From Pseudomonadota bacterium (lineage in GTDB: Bacteria; Campylobacterota; Campylobacteria; Campylobacterales; Sulfurimonadaceae): 64,000 nt of DNA. Of the stretch, positions 17,004-27,503 are shown in pieces. Location: positions 32,001-96,000 of the forward strand of contig JAZDQA010000012.1 in assembly GCA_043797085.1 (NCBI GenBank), given 5' to 3'. Position 1 is the first letter of the stretch. Each line of letters begins with the position of its first letter. The translations under genes were made by a program, and so were the position numbers. The notes under the pieces were generated by a model that had not been told where the DNA came from, ran no database searches, and worked only from the letters and a program-made list of their open reading frames with translations.

Positions 17004-18506
17004 TTGTCACCTTATCATTCATCGTTGGAGAGGATTACTATCGTGTTGTTTTCATTTTTATCATACCTATTTCCGTCGAAACCTATTAAAATCAATGAAA
17101 AGACTAATCTATCTGAACAAGAAAAACAAAGTGCGTCACAAAAAATACTTGAGGATTCTATCCTTGATGCTAATGGAGTATTACTTAAAGATTTCACGCT
17201 CTTTCATCACAACACTTCACTCTTCGTTGATTTATTAATTTTTTTACCCCATTATGGTCTTTATCTAGGTGAAAAAATATCATGGAAAAACTCAGATTTA
17301 AAAGGTGCGAGTGTTGAGCGTTCTTCACGAAAAAGTAAAAAAACATCTACTACCCGCCTTGAATCAACAGAAAAAATACTCCATCAGAAACTTGAAGATA
17401 TTTTATCTTTTGACTCCACCCCAATTGAGCGATTTTTTTGGATGGAATATCTCAGTGAAGCAGAATTTGATGCCCTTGATCCCTCTTTTCACAAACTGCT
17501 TCCTAAAGAAAGGTTACTATTTTGTGATGATACTATTCAAAGTATTCAAAATAAACTTGTGTCACTGGGAACCTATCAGAAGACACCCTATTCAAAGCTA
17601 AAGCTAATCGGATCACTTCGAGCCCATACCTTATTGCTACCAACAGCTACAGAGCCTTTTGGAGCCTTTTTAGACGATGATCAGCAAATATTTATAGACG
17701 CTCCCCTTACCCAATCTCCTCTTGTGCTTGGAGGGGCTTGTGCCAGTGGTAAAAGTACGGTTCTTGTCCGAAAAATACTTCAAATACTTCTTGAAGATTC
17801 CCGTGCCAAAATTATGATTATTACCCCAACACTTCTTAACGGGGAAACACTTCGTCAAGAGCTTATAGCCTTGGCTGATTTTGCCGTCGTACACCTTGAT
17901 TTTTCACGACTTCAATTTTTAAGTCCAAATCAACTCTATACCCCTATTGATACCAATGAGTTTCCAAGCGATATGACTCATATTGTATGTGATGATGTAC
18001 AGCTGTTGGATATTTCCTCTTTTCTTGATCTCACTGCAAGTTCAAAAGAAAAATTCATTATTCTAAGCGGTTCTATACTCGAAGAAAATACCCCACAACA
18101 AACATTAAAGCATATTTATCGAAATCCTTCGATTCAGTTCGTACATTTTTCTCACACCAAAGGGGCACTTTATACCCTCTTATCCGGATTAAGGAACCAC
18201 TTGGATCTTCTCTCTGCTTCCCCTGTTATGATTATTCTTCCCAATGAAGAACTTTTAGATGAATATAAAAATGCTATCGATGAATATTTGCATCTTGAAT
18301 CACGTATACTCAATACATCGTTTAGCTTACAATACAAAAGCCTTGAATTTATCACGCTATCGACCTTGGAGTTTATCAGCTCTCTTAGTGTTTCCCATTG
18401 CTATCTCATTAATATTGACCCCAATAACCACCTTTATCCTCTTGCGTTAAGCCGGGCATCAGAGAGCGTCACTATAATTTCTGAAGATCTTCACACGTTA
18501 TCTTAA
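17004..18506 (+). CDS. Degenerate NERD-like nuclease / SF1 (UvrD-like) helicase fusion
   Basis: VDLLIFLPHYGLYLGEKISWK (NERD-like), GACASGKST Walker A, IVCDDVQ Walker B-like, ALSRA motif VI; true start may be slightly downstream. Confidence 0.6.
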   Translation: MSPYHSSLERITIVLFSFLSYLFPSKPIKINEKTNLSEQEKQSASQKILEDSILDANGVLLKDFTLFHHNTSLFVDLLIFLPHYGLYLGEKISWKNSDLKGASVERSSRKSKKTSTTRLESTEKILHQKLEDILSFDSTPIERFFWMEYLSEAEFDALDPSFHKLLPKERLLFCDDTIQSIQNKLVSLGTYQKTPYSKLKLIGSLRAHTLLLPTATEPFGAFLDDDQQIFIDAPLTQSPLVLGGACASGKSTVLVRKILQILLEDSRAKIMIITPTLLNGETLRQELIALADFAVVHLDFSRLQFLSPNQLYTPIDTNEFPSDMTHIVCDDVQLLDISSFLDLTASSKEKFIILSGSILEENTPQQTLKHIYRNPSIQFVHFSHTKGALYTLLSGLRNHLDLLSASPVMIILPNEELLDEYKNAIDEYLHLESRILNTSFSLQYKSLEFITLSTLEFISSLSVSHCYLINIDPNNHLYPLALSRASESVTIISEDLHTLS

Positions 18507-18528
18507 ACCATACACAAAAGGAATAACC

Positions 18529-19059
18529 ATGCGTCTTCTACTCTCTTTGCTGCTATCTTATAGCTTTGCACTTGCTGCTCATCCAACGGTCCTACTTCAA
18601 ACAACCCAAGGTGATTTAACGCTTGAACTTTATGAAGATGTTGCCCCTCTCGCGGTTGAAAACTTCAAAACACACATAAAAAATGGCTACTATAACGGTC
18701 TCACTTTTCACCGTATTATCAAAAATTTCATGGTTCAGGGGGGGGATCCTACCGGAACCGGTGCAGGCGGCGAATCAATCTGGAAAAAACCGTTTAAAGA
18801 TGAATTCAAATCAGGGGTAGTCTTTAATCAAGCGGGAATCTTAGCCATGGCAAATGCAGGACCTCGTACGAATGGAAGTCAGTTTTTTATCACGACTGCA
18901 CCCACACCATGGCTCAATGGCTATCACACTATTTTTGGTAAAGTAATTAAAGGTTCAGATACCCTCAACAAACTTAATAACATCCAAACCAATGGTCAGC
19001 AAAATGGTGATCGACCAATTCAAACGCAAAAAATAATCAAAGCCACATTGCTTCCCTAA
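18529..19059 (+). CDS. Periplasmic cyclophilin-type peptidyl-prolyl isomerase
   Basis: FHRIIKNFMVQGGDPTGTGAGG, MANAGPRTNGSQFFIT. Confidence 0.95.
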   Translation: MRLLLSLLLSYSFALAAHPTVLLQTTQGDLTLELYEDVAPLAVENFKTHIKNGYYNGLTFHRIIKNFMVQGGDPTGTGAGGESIWKKPFKDEFKSGVVFNQAGILAMANAGPRTNGSQFFITTAPTPWLNGYHTIFGKVIKGSDTLNKLNNIQTNGQQNGDRPIQTQKIIKATLLP

Positions 19060-19896
19060 TTATTTAGGGAGTTTTGCTAAGGAGTCTAAAACGCTCTTTT
19101 GCGTCCCTTGATCAAGCTTTTTATCATTGGACACAAACATATAGAACTCAACACGTCGATTTTTAGCTCGATTAGCTTCGGTGCTGTTCGTTGCGAGCGG
19201 TTTAGCTGCTCCAAATCCTGCGCTTGATATTCGTTCCGCACTTACTCCATTTTTAATCAATTCTCTCACTACTGTTGCAGCACGAGCACTCGATAGATCC
19301 AAGTTATCGCGATATGCAGAACCTTTCGGAAGAATCTGATTGTCGGTATAACCACGCACTGAAATATCAACCGTCGGAGGGAGTGTTTTGATAATATCTG
19401 CCACTCTTTTTACGAAGCGATGCATCTCTTCATCGTCTAACGTAGCATTCGAGCCTCTAAAGGGTATGGTTGCCGGCAATTTAAGCAACGTTCCGTCCAT
19501 ACTCTGATCCAATGCACCCTCACCTACTGAAACATTCTGCATCTGCTCATCTTCCGTACTGCTGGCTTCGGTTTTTCCATCACTTTGACTGGGGTTACTC
19601 TCCAGTACTGCTCCGCCATCTGCAACCGGCATCTGACCGCTGCTTTGCTCGGATGGCGTTTCAGGCGTAGCAGGATCCATAGGGAGAACGGGACTAATCT
19701 CCTGCGGTGCAGGAGCATAATCGTATATTTTTACAAATTCTTCTTTAACGGCACGCATTTTTTCTTTATTGACTGACGCTAATGCATACAAAGCAATGAA
19801 AAGCGCCAACAGAAGACTAAAGAAGTCTGCCGTCGGTACCGCCCATTTTTCACATACTTCACATTGAGGACATGCTTTTGCTTTCTTTTTTCCCAT
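19060..19896 (-). CDS. motB: Flagellar motor stator protein MotB
   Basis: WAVPTADFFSLLLALFIALYA TM with conserved Asp; OmpA-like C-terminus NRRVE. Confidence 0.95.
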   Translation of the reverse strand: MGKKKAKACPQCEVCEKWAVPTADFFSLLLALFIALYALASVNKEKMRAVKEEFVKIYDYAPAPQEISPVLPMDPATPETPSEQSSGQMPVADGGAVLESNPSQSDGKTEASSTEDEQMQNVSVGEGALDQSMDGTLLKLPATIPFRGSNATLDDEEMHRFVKRVADIIKTLPPTVDISVRGYTDNQILPKGSAYRDNLDLSSARAATVVRELIKNGVSAERISSAGFGAAKPLATNSTEANRAKNRRVEFYMFVSNDKKLDQGTQKSVLDSLAKLPK

Positions 19897-19908
19897 TTTA
19901 ATGTCTCA

Positions 19909-20679
19909 TTACGTGAATTGGCTATGCTTCTCTTCCGCAGGAGAGAGATAGTTAAGCAATTTAGCTTCAAGTGTTCTAGGATTGTCGCCATGAACAATTC
20001 CGATAATTCCAATAAGCATTACTTTTTGTTCTTTAACAATATGATGGGATTTTGCAATCATTTTTCGCCCCCATGGTCCAAGCAAAACGTAGGATGAAAA
20101 AATCCCTGTTACCGTTGCTGTAAACGCTCCTGCAATACCCTGTGCCATTTCCGCTGGATTATCAAGTTTTTGAAGTGCCAAAATAAGACCCAAAACCGCT
20201 CCGATAAGTCCCATAACCGGCGAAGTTTCCCCGGCAAGAATCCAATAGTGTCCACACCCATGATAATAGTGCTCAGTCTCTTCAATTACCGCTTCAAGCG
20301 TTGCTTCGATGGTTTCGATTTCATTCCCATCAACCGCCATACTCAAGCCTTGCTTTAAAAACGCATTGTCAAGTTCTGCAACTTTTTTTTCTAACGAAAG
20401 GAGTCCGTCACGACGAGCCATCAACGCCAAATCAACAATCTCTTTGATCCGTTCTTCCAGATTCACAGGAGATTTTTTAAACACCATGCCAAGATTTTTG
20501 AAAGCACCTTTTACAAATTCTCCATCCGTTGCAACTGCTGCTGCAGCCATAGTAGTGGGGAAAATAACAATAAGAGACGCTAAATGGATAATGTGCAGAG
20601 GATTTCCACCGTCAATAATATCACCTGTACTAATAGAAGCGACCGCTATCAGCAGACCTAAAATAACCGTTAAATCCAA
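19909..20679 (-). CDS. motA: Flagellar motor stator protein MotA
   Basis: ARRDGLLSLE, PVMGLIGAVLGLI, IAGAFTATVTGI. Confidence 0.95.
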   Translation of the reverse strand: MDLTVILGLLIAVASISTGDIIDGGNPLHIIHLASLIVIFPTTMAAAAVATDGEFVKGAFKNLGMVFKKSPVNLEERIKEIVDLALMARRDGLLSLEKKVAELDNAFLKQGLSMAVDGNEIETIEATLEAVIEETEHYYHGCGHYWILAGETSPVMGLIGAVLGLILALQKLDNPAEMAQGIAGAFTATVTGIFSSYVLLGPWGRKMIAKSHHIVKEQKVMLIGIIGIVHGDNPRTLEAKLLNYLSPAEEKHSQFT

Positions 20680-20765
20680 AGGAACTCCTTCTCCGCTAAA
20701 CTAATTTTATTTTTATTGTTTCTATAACTCATAATCGGTCGATTGTACCTTGTTTTTGCTGAAAA

Positions 20766-21932
20766 CTATGATTTTTTCTCTTTATCAGGATAGAAAAAAT
20801 TGTAAAGAATTTTGATCAGAATCATCAAAAAAATACCGCTACCCATACTGGCAACAATAAAAGCATTGTATTCTTCATGAGAAATTGCATGTGCGCTGTA
20901 TCCAAGTGTCGCTATCGCTACGGTAAACGTTAACGGCATTGAATCGCTTAGTGAAAAAAGTATGGTATTTTTAATTCCCAAATAGCCACTGTACGCGACA
21001 AAAGAGCTCAGTAATCGAATACCGATAATAGCACTGGCAATAAAAAATGCTGCCATCAAAATTTTAGGGTCAGCAAATGCTTCTAGTGCCAATGTAGATC
21101 CAACATGTATAAAAAAGATTGGGACTAAAAATCCAAAACCAAACGAAGAAAGCTTTTCAGGAAGTTCTTTTTTATGCTTAAAATAGGTTGCAACAAACGT
21201 CCCTGCCAAGAAAGCGCCTAAAACAACATCAATTTTAAGATAAAGCATCACGGCAACCATCATAAACATAAGCGCCATTGAAAAGCGTACATCCTGATCT
21301 TTTCCATCGTCATGAGGCATAATCAGCGTCTTTAGTCCCGGATACCACCAAAAAAGAATTCGAATCCCTTTGAAAAAAAGGACAAATCCGATCATAAATG
21401 CAAATAATCCCCCCAGTGTAAAGGCAAATTCACGGTTATATCCGTATTCCAACCCACCGCTAAGAATTGTAAGTGCCATAATGCTCACCAATTCCCCGAT
21501 AATCCCGATATTGAGAGCCAAGGCAAGCCATGGCTGATTTTTACCGTACTCCTTTACCAGTGCCATCAGCATACCCAGTGAAAAGATCGGAAAAGCGACC
21601 AAATAAACGGCACTCAAATCAAAATAGAAAAACAAGGCAAGCGAACATCCATAGAGCATAGCAAAATAAATAATAGTTCGGCGCAAAAGAGATGATTTGG
21701 CAAATCCGAATTCTTTAAGATTGACTTCCATCCCAGCCAAGAACATCAAATATAAAAATCCTACTTTTGCAATAATTTTAAAAAGTTCATTTTCAACTAA
21801 AAATCCAAAATAAGCGGCTACACTCCCCAGTAATATTTCAACGACGACTACCGGGATTTTTGTGACTCTCGACAAGAAAGGAGAAAACATCACGAGAAGT
21901 GATAAGGTAATAATAACAACCGTTGTGCTCAT
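20766..21932 (-). CDS. Cation:proton antiporter (CPA2 family)
   Basis: About 12 TM segments, LMFLAGMEVN, LGAFLAG, FLVPIFFIHVG. Confidence 0.88.
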   Translation of the reverse strand: MSTTVVIITLSLLVMFSPFLSRVTKIPVVVVEILLGSVAAYFGFLVENELFKIIAKVGFLYLMFLAGMEVNLKEFGFAKSSLLRRTIIYFAMLYGCSLALFFYFDLSAVYLVAFPIFSLGMLMALVKEYGKNQPWLALALNIGIIGELVSIMALTILSGGLEYGYNREFAFTLGGLFAFMIGFVLFFKGIRILFWWYPGLKTLIMPHDDGKDQDVRFSMALMFMMVAVMLYLKIDVVLGAFLAGTFVATYFKHKKELPEKLSSFGFGFLVPIFFIHVGSTLALEAFADPKILMAAFFIASAIIGIRLLSSFVAYSGYLGIKNTILFSLSDSMPLTFTVAIATLGYSAHAISHEEYNAFIVASMGSGIFLMILIKILYNFFYPDKEKKS

Positions 21933-21936
21933 ACCG

Positions 21937-23076
21937 CTAATCTCTCAATTCTTGCCATAAAGCAATGGCTTGAACATGCTCTTTGACATCATGGACACGA
22001 ACAATAGAAGCGCCCTCTTCAATCGCTTTAAGATGGATAGCCAACGTTCCGCCGAGACGATTTTCGCTGTTTGAGGGTGAAACAGAATCAATCATTGATT
22101 TACGGCTCGCACCTACCAATAACGGTTTCCCAAAAGCCAAAAAATGTTTTTGATGGCGTATCAATTCCAAATTATCGTCTAGCCGTTTTCCAAAACCGAT
22201 ACCGCAATCTAAAATCACATCAGAAATTCCAAATTTATCTGCTTTTTCTAAACGTTCAACAAAAAAATTCTCCACTTCATGAAGTATGGAAGTATATTGC
22301 GGGTTACTTTGCATAGCATGAGGATCCCCAAGTGCATGCATAATGACTACGGCAGCCTTATGTGCAGCGCAGAGTTTTGCAACCTCATCATTGACTAGGC
22401 CTGTAATATCATTAATAATATGAAATCCTCTCTCAAGTGCATACGCAATCACTTTTGGAGTATAACTGTCCAAACTCAAACGAATTCTTTTATACGTTTT
22501 TTCATGGTAAAGCAGATCAATAATAGGCTTTACTCGGGTCAATTCTTCTTTAGCGCTGATCCCAACGCTTCCCGGACGGCTCGAAACGCCTCCGATGTCG
22601 ATAATGTCTGCACCCTGAACTATCATCTCTTCGATTTTTTCTACCGCGCTTGACTCTTTAAATCGACTTAACGCGTAAAAGCTGTCATCATTGGCATTGA
22701 TAATACCCATAACCTCGACTTTTTGAGGGAAATGCATTCCACAAAAACGCGCCAATTCCTGTGAAACACTTTTGAGACCAAAGGGTTGAGCTTTCTCTTT
22801 TTGCACCAACTCTTTTAATTGTCTCTCATTGGCGATTAACAGTGCATTCACATGAGGAGTTGATGCAGTTACAGTCCCTTTTGGGACAGCTAAATCTGCC
22901 CCAATACTCAAAGCATCTTGCTTGAGAATATTGGCAGCGCCTACATGCAAATTTTTGATGGCAATCAGATGTATTTGCCCTTTGTCACTCAAAATAGTGA
23001 CCCCTCCACCATCAACACCAAGCTCTTTAAGCATTTTTTTAAGATTAAAGGAAGAAGAGAGATGTTCAACGTGCAC
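21937..23076 (-). CDS. folP: Dihydropteroate synthase with Campylobacterota N-terminal extension
   Basis: MGIINANDDSF, IDIGGVSSRPG, DCGIGFGK, GASRKS, RVHDV. Confidence 0.95.
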   Translation of the reverse strand: MHVEHLSSSFNLKKMLKELGVDGGGVTILSDKGQIHLIAIKNLHVGAANILKQDALSIGADLAVPKGTVTASTPHVNALLIANERQLKELVQKEKAQPFGLKSVSQELARFCGMHFPQKVEVMGIINANDDSFYALSRFKESSAVEKIEEMIVQGADIIDIGGVSSRPGSVGISAKEELTRVKPIIDLLYHEKTYKRIRLSLDSYTPKVIAYALERGFHIINDITGLVNDEVAKLCAAHKAAVVIMHALGDPHAMQSNPQYTSILHEVENFFVERLEKADKFGISDVILDCGIGFGKRLDDNLELIRHQKHFLAFGKPLLVGASRKSMIDSVSPSNSENRLGGTLAIHLKAIEEGASIVRVHDVKEHVQAIALWQELRD

Positions 23077-23689
23077 GCTTGGCTTCTTTGAGAAAATTCA
23101 TCAACAGCATAATCAGAATGCTTTGTATCCGTCCATTGAGCTCGATAAGTCGAAATGCTTTTTCAAATCCCTCTATTTGTACGGAGGATAAACTGTACCG
23201 TTCTTCATACACAGCATGATGAAAAAGGTTTTCAATCAACTCTTTTGCTTCATGTTTTTTGAGCTTATCGTGCTCTTTTACCCATCTAAACATCTCTGAA
23301 ATATCCAGTTGGCGCAGTACCAAAGAAATGGGCTTATGGTTTTTATCCTCTTGCTCGACTTGCAGTGACATTCGAGAGCGAACCGTTGGTAAAAATGTAC
23401 TTTTATTAGAAGCCATTAAAATAAAGACAATATTTCTAGGGGGTTCTTCGAGGATTTTCAGCAAAGCATTTTGGGCAGGAACGGTGAAACTTTTTGCTCC
23501 AATAATAAGCGTTTTAGTATTTTCTTCACTTTTATACGCTTCGGCAATCACTTCTTTAGCGTCTTCAATTTTAAAATCTTCACAGATAAAACAGACACTT
23601 CGCAAAGGCAATAAGGTTTGCTCGATTTCCAGTGATTTTTCTTCAAATCGCTGGGTGATAATGATACCTCCTCGCTCAAGCGTGAACAT
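23066..23689 (-). CDS. holB: DNA polymerase III delta-prime subunit
   Basis: AQNALLKILEEPP, LPTVRSR; position between hobA and folP. Confidence 0.88.
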   Translation of the reverse strand: MFTLERGGIIITQRFEEKSLEIEQTLLPLRSVCFICEDFKIEDAKEVIAEAYKSEENTKTLIIGAKSFTVPAQNALLKILEEPPRNIVFILMASNKSTFLPTVRSRMSLQVEQEDKNHKPISLVLRQLDISEMFRWVKEHDKLKKHEAKELIENLFHHAVYEERYSLSSVQIEGFEKAFRLIELNGRIQSILIMLLMNFLKEAKRAR

Positions 23690-24227
23690 CTATCTCCCCA
23701 AATAATACACCGGCTAACGTGCGGTCAAGAAGCCGATAAAGCTGAAGAAGCTTGATGTCAATGTGTGAATCATACGATCTAAGTAACAAAGAATTGGGAT
23801 AATTTTCATCCATCATCCAAATGAATGCACCGTTGGAACGCTTGACGATGTCAGCACGACGTTCATCGCCCCCTTTTCCAATGTACCAAAAGAAATATTT
23901 TCCATTATAAGAGAGATCCAGCATATCATTGAGCATATCGATCGACTCAGCGTCTCGCATCAAATTTAAATGCGGATGCAGCGCTTCTAAAGAGACGATT
24001 GGAATCATAGGACGCTCTTTGGTGCGTTTGTTGATTGATTCAGTAATATAGTGTGAAAACCATCGTCGTTCATGATCGGTCACAACAACAATCGTGTGTC
24101 CTTGCATGATTTGATCCATGACATTCACAATTTGGGGAATCCACTCATAGCGTTGTTCTTCAAACCAGCTCATTGATGCCCCCTCAGCGCGTACCGCATC
24201 GAGAGTCCACTGGTCAAATTGACGCAT
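23676..24227 (-). CDS. hobA: DnaA-binding replication regulator HobA
   Basis: SWFEEQRYEW, TDHERRWF, FFWYIGK, DIKLLQLYRL; lysC-hobA-holB-folP synteny. Confidence 0.9.
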   Translation of the reverse strand: MRQFDQWTLDAVRAEGASMSWFEEQRYEWIPQIVNVMDQIMQGHTIVVVTDHERRWFSHYITESINKRTKERPMIPIVSLEALHPHLNLMRDAESIDMLNDMLDLSYNGKYFFWYIGKGGDERRADIVKRSNGAFIWMMDENYPNSLLLRSYDSHIDIKLLQLYRLLDRTLAGVLFGEIDVHA

Positions 24228-25438
24228 TACTGATCCAACGAATAGGCACTGTGAAGTGAGCGAACCGATAGTTCGGCGTATTTTTCAGCAACGACCATCG
24301 ACACTTTGATCTCAGAGGTTGAAATCATCATAATGTTGATGTTTTCACGTGCCATGGTTTGAAACGCTTTTGCCGCAACACCGGTATGTGATTTCATTCC
24401 CACACCGACGATGGATACTTTACAAATATTTTCATCGTAACTGGCTTCGCTAATCTCACCTTCACCCACAAACTGTTCAACAATGTTTTTAGCATCCAAT
24501 AATTCTGTTTTAGGGACAGTAAAATCAAGACTGGTTTTCCCATCATGCCCAAGCGTTTGAATAATCATATCAATGTTAACACTGTTGTCTGCCAAACGGG
24601 TAAAAATATCCGACGCAATTCCCGGACGGTCAATAACACCGCTCAACGATACACGAGCTTGATTTTTATCCAGCGCAATGCCGCTAACGAGTGGTTTTTC
24701 CATAATATTCTCTTCCTTTGTAATAAGTGTCCCCTCAGCATCGGTGAAACTGGAGCGGGTTACGAGGTTAACATTGAGTTTTTTTGCAAGCTCAACCGAA
24801 CGATTTTGAAGGACTTTTGCCCCAAGTGATGCCAGTTCTAACATCTCGTCATAACTGATTTTATCCATCTTCTTGGCTTTTGGCTCGATACGCGGATCGG
24901 TAGTATAGATCCCATCGACATCGGTGTAAATTTCACATAAATCCGCTTCCAATGCTCCAGCTAGCGCAACTGCAGAGAGATCCGATCCGCCACGTCCCAA
25001 TGTCGTTACTTGACCATCTTCACTGACCCCTTGAAATCCTGCGACAACGACGACCTTGCCCAGTGCCAGCTGTTCGCGCATCAACGAAGGATCAATACTC
25101 TCGATGCGTGCTTTGGTGTGGACATTATCCGTCACGATACCTGCACGACGACCGCTCATAGATACAGCGGGATGCCCCATCGCATTAAGAGCGATGGAAA
25201 GCAATGCTGCCGTTACACGCTCGCCTGAGCTTAAAAGCATATCCACTTCGCTTCGTTCAGGGCTGGCAGTATAATGTTCAGCATACGCAATCAGCTTATT
25301 CGTCTCACCGCTCATAGCTGAGACTACCGCGACGACTTGGTGACCTTCTTTTAGTGTTTTAGCAACACGCATGGCAACATTTTGGATACGCTCCAAATCG
25401 CCAACGCTTGTCCCGCCGAATTTTTGTACGATTACCAT
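24227..25438 (-). CDS. lysC: Aspartate kinase
   Basis: VQKFGGTSVG, TLGRGGSD, two ACT domains. Confidence 0.97.
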   Translation of the reverse strand: MVIVQKFGGTSVGDLERIQNVAMRVAKTLKEGHQVVAVVSAMSGETNKLIAYAEHYTASPERSEVDMLLSSGERVTAALLSIALNAMGHPAVSMSGRRAGIVTDNVHTKARIESIDPSLMREQLALGKVVVVAGFQGVSEDGQVTTLGRGGSDLSAVALAGALEADLCEIYTDVDGIYTTDPRIEPKAKKMDKISYDEMLELASLGAKVLQNRSVELAKKLNVNLVTRSSFTDAEGTLITKEENIMEKPLVSGIALDKNQARVSLSGVIDRPGIASDIFTRLADNSVNIDMIIQTLGHDGKTSLDFTVPKTELLDAKNIVEQFVGEGEISEASYDENICKVSIVGVGMKSHTGVAAKAFQTMARENINIMMISTSEIKVSMVVAEKYAELSVRSLHSAYSLDQ

Positions 25439-25908
25439 TACAAATATCCCTCCGCTTTAAAATGTAAAATGACTTGTTCATAGATCGGTTTTTTAAAATG
25501 GGCAATGTTTTCAAATAGATCATCCATTCTGACAAAACGGTATTGTTTAAATTCCGGATGCTTGGTATCTAAATCAATCTTTGCCCCCTCTTTAAGACGC
25601 ACGAGATAGTAACGTTGCTTTTGTCCAGCAAACGGTGTCATTTTTGCCGCAACATGCGAAGGAAAATCATAGGCGATCCAGTCAGGATATTCCGCGATTA
25701 TTTCGACTTTCTTAGTCCCTATTTCTTCTTTTAGCTCACGAAAAAGTGCTTCTTCAGCCGATTCGCCCTCATCGATTCCCCCTTGAGGAAACTGCCAAAC
25801 ATTGTTCATATCATTACGTTCAGCAATAAAAATTTCTTTTTTATCAGGATACTCATGGGAAACGATTACCGCAGCAACATTGGGGCGATAAAATTTTGCT
25901 TGACTCAT
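25438..25908 (-). CDS. rppH: RNA pyrophosphohydrolase (Nudix)
   Basis: YRPNV, WQFPQGGIDEGE..RELKEEIG, GQKQ. Confidence 0.95.
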   Translation of the reverse strand: MSQAKFYRPNVAAVIVSHEYPDKKEIFIAERNDMNNVWQFPQGGIDEGESAEEALFRELKEEIGTKKVEIIAEYPDWIAYDFPSHVAAKMTPFAGQKQRYYLVRLKEGAKIDLDTKHPEFKQYRFVRMDDLFENIAHFKKPIYEQVILHFKAEGYL

Positions 25909-25980
25909 AATGGATGATCTTTTTAGTTAATTTTGTCGCGTATTGTAAACTATTCGCCATTAAAAATACTATAATCCCGT

Positions 25981-27042
25981 ATGCTTTTATACATTCATAT
26001 CCCTTTTTGCGACAGCAAATGCTCTTATTGTGCCTTCAACTCCTATGTTGATAAATTTTCACAGCGTGAGCACTACATGCAGGCTCTTAGTGTTCAACTC
26101 GATTTCGAACTCAAACGTTTTAGTGTCAGCGAGATAAATAGAATCGAAACCGTCTTTATCGGCGGCGGAACTCCCTCAACAGTCGATCCGAGTCTGTATA
26201 CAGAAATTTTCAATACTATTCGCCCTTTTTTAGCTCCCAATGCTGAGATTACCTCTGAAGCCAATCCCAACAGCGCAACATTCGAGTGGCTAGAGGGGAT
26301 GTATGAACTTGGTGTCAACCGAATCAGCTTTGGAGTACAGAGTTTTAATGATAAAAAACTTAAAATCTTAGGACGTGCTCATAACACATCTCATGCACTC
26401 AATGCTATTCATAATGCTCAAAAAATTGGATTTAAACACCTATCGGTTGATCTTATTTATGGAGTGGCAGGTGATACGAAAGAACTTTTGCAAAATGATA
26501 TTACCCATGCTTTTTCTCTTCCCATCGATCATATCAGCCTCTATTCTCTCACCATCGAAGAGCATACTGCCTTTGAAAAAACTCCACAACTCGCACGAGA
26601 AGAACTGGAACTGACCCAATGGCTTTTTGAAAAAATTGCCTCTCAAGGATTTGAGCAATACGAAATTTCAAACTTCGGTAAAAATAAATCGATTCATAAC
26701 CTTGGATACTGGGAGGGGAAAAACTACATCGGTCTAGGGGCCGGTGCTGTTGGGTTTTTAAACAACTGTCGATTTTATCCTTCTGTGGATATTGACTATT
26801 ACATAGAACATCCGCTCGAAATCAGCGAAGAGTTCCTCGATGAAAAAGCGCTTAAATCTGAAAAACTTTTTTTAGGATTTCGCAGCTACATTGGGGTGGA
26901 TGAAAAAATCCTCACTAAAAATCAACTCAAAACCGCTCAACTACTTTGCGACGAGAAGATGCTAAGTCATCACGATGGGCGCTACTTTAACCCTAATTTT
27001 CTCCTTGCGGATGAAATTGCATTGAGAGTTGAGGGTTATTAA
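25981..27042 (+). CDS. hemW: Radical SAM heme chaperone HemW (HemN-like)
   Basis: YIHIPFC-x3-C-x2-C, GGGTPS, YEISNF, HNLGYW. Confidence 0.88.
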   Translation: MLLYIHIPFCDSKCSYCAFNSYVDKFSQREHYMQALSVQLDFELKRFSVSEINRIETVFIGGGTPSTVDPSLYTEIFNTIRPFLAPNAEITSEANPNSATFEWLEGMYELGVNRISFGVQSFNDKKLKILGRAHNTSHALNAIHNAQKIGFKHLSVDLIYGVAGDTKELLQNDITHAFSLPIDHISLYSLTIEEHTAFEKTPQLAREELELTQWLFEKIASQGFEQYEISNFGKNKSIHNLGYWEGKNYIGLGAGAVGFLNNCRFYPSVDIDYYIEHPLEISEEFLDEKALKSEKLFLGFRSYIGVDEKILTKNQLKTAQLLCDEKMLSHHDGRYFNPNFLLADEIALRVEGY

Positions 27043-27089
27043 ATCTTTTTTTGCTAAAATTGCTTTATCTTTAGCATTAGGCAAATAAT

Positions 27090-27503
27090 ATGTTTGGTAT
27101 GGGCATCGGCGAAATTCTACTTATTGTTATCATTGCAGTTCTCTTTTTAGGACCGGACAAGCTTCCGGGTACTATGGTGGATATTGCCAAGTTTTTTCGC
27201 AGCGTCAAAGGAACGGTTAATTCAGCCCGTGCAAGCATCGAAGAGGAGATGAATTTTTCTGAAATGAAACAAGAAGCTCTCAACTACAAAAAAGAACTTA
27301 CGGATGCAAGTTCAGAGCTCGAACGGATGACCAATATCACTGAAATCGGGAGTGAAGTTCAATCGATGAAAAATGATCTTGATCTTAATACCATTACACC
27401 CCAAGCCCCCTCCGCTCCTAAAGAAGCCGAAGTTATTACCTTCGCTCCAAAAGCAAAAGAGACTCAATCTGTTGAAACCAAATCCCTCGAAAAGAATGTT
27501 TAA
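27090..27503 (+). CDS. tatB: Twin-arginine translocase subunit TatB
   Basis: MFGMGIGEILLI..LFLGPDKLP. Confidence 0.92.
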   Translation: MFGMGIGEILLIVIIAVLFLGPDKLPGTMVDIAKFFRSVKGTVNSARASIEEEMNFSEMKQEALNYKKELTDASSELERMTNITEIGSEVQSMKNDLDLNTITPQAPSAPKEAEVITFAPKAKETQSVETKSLEKNV

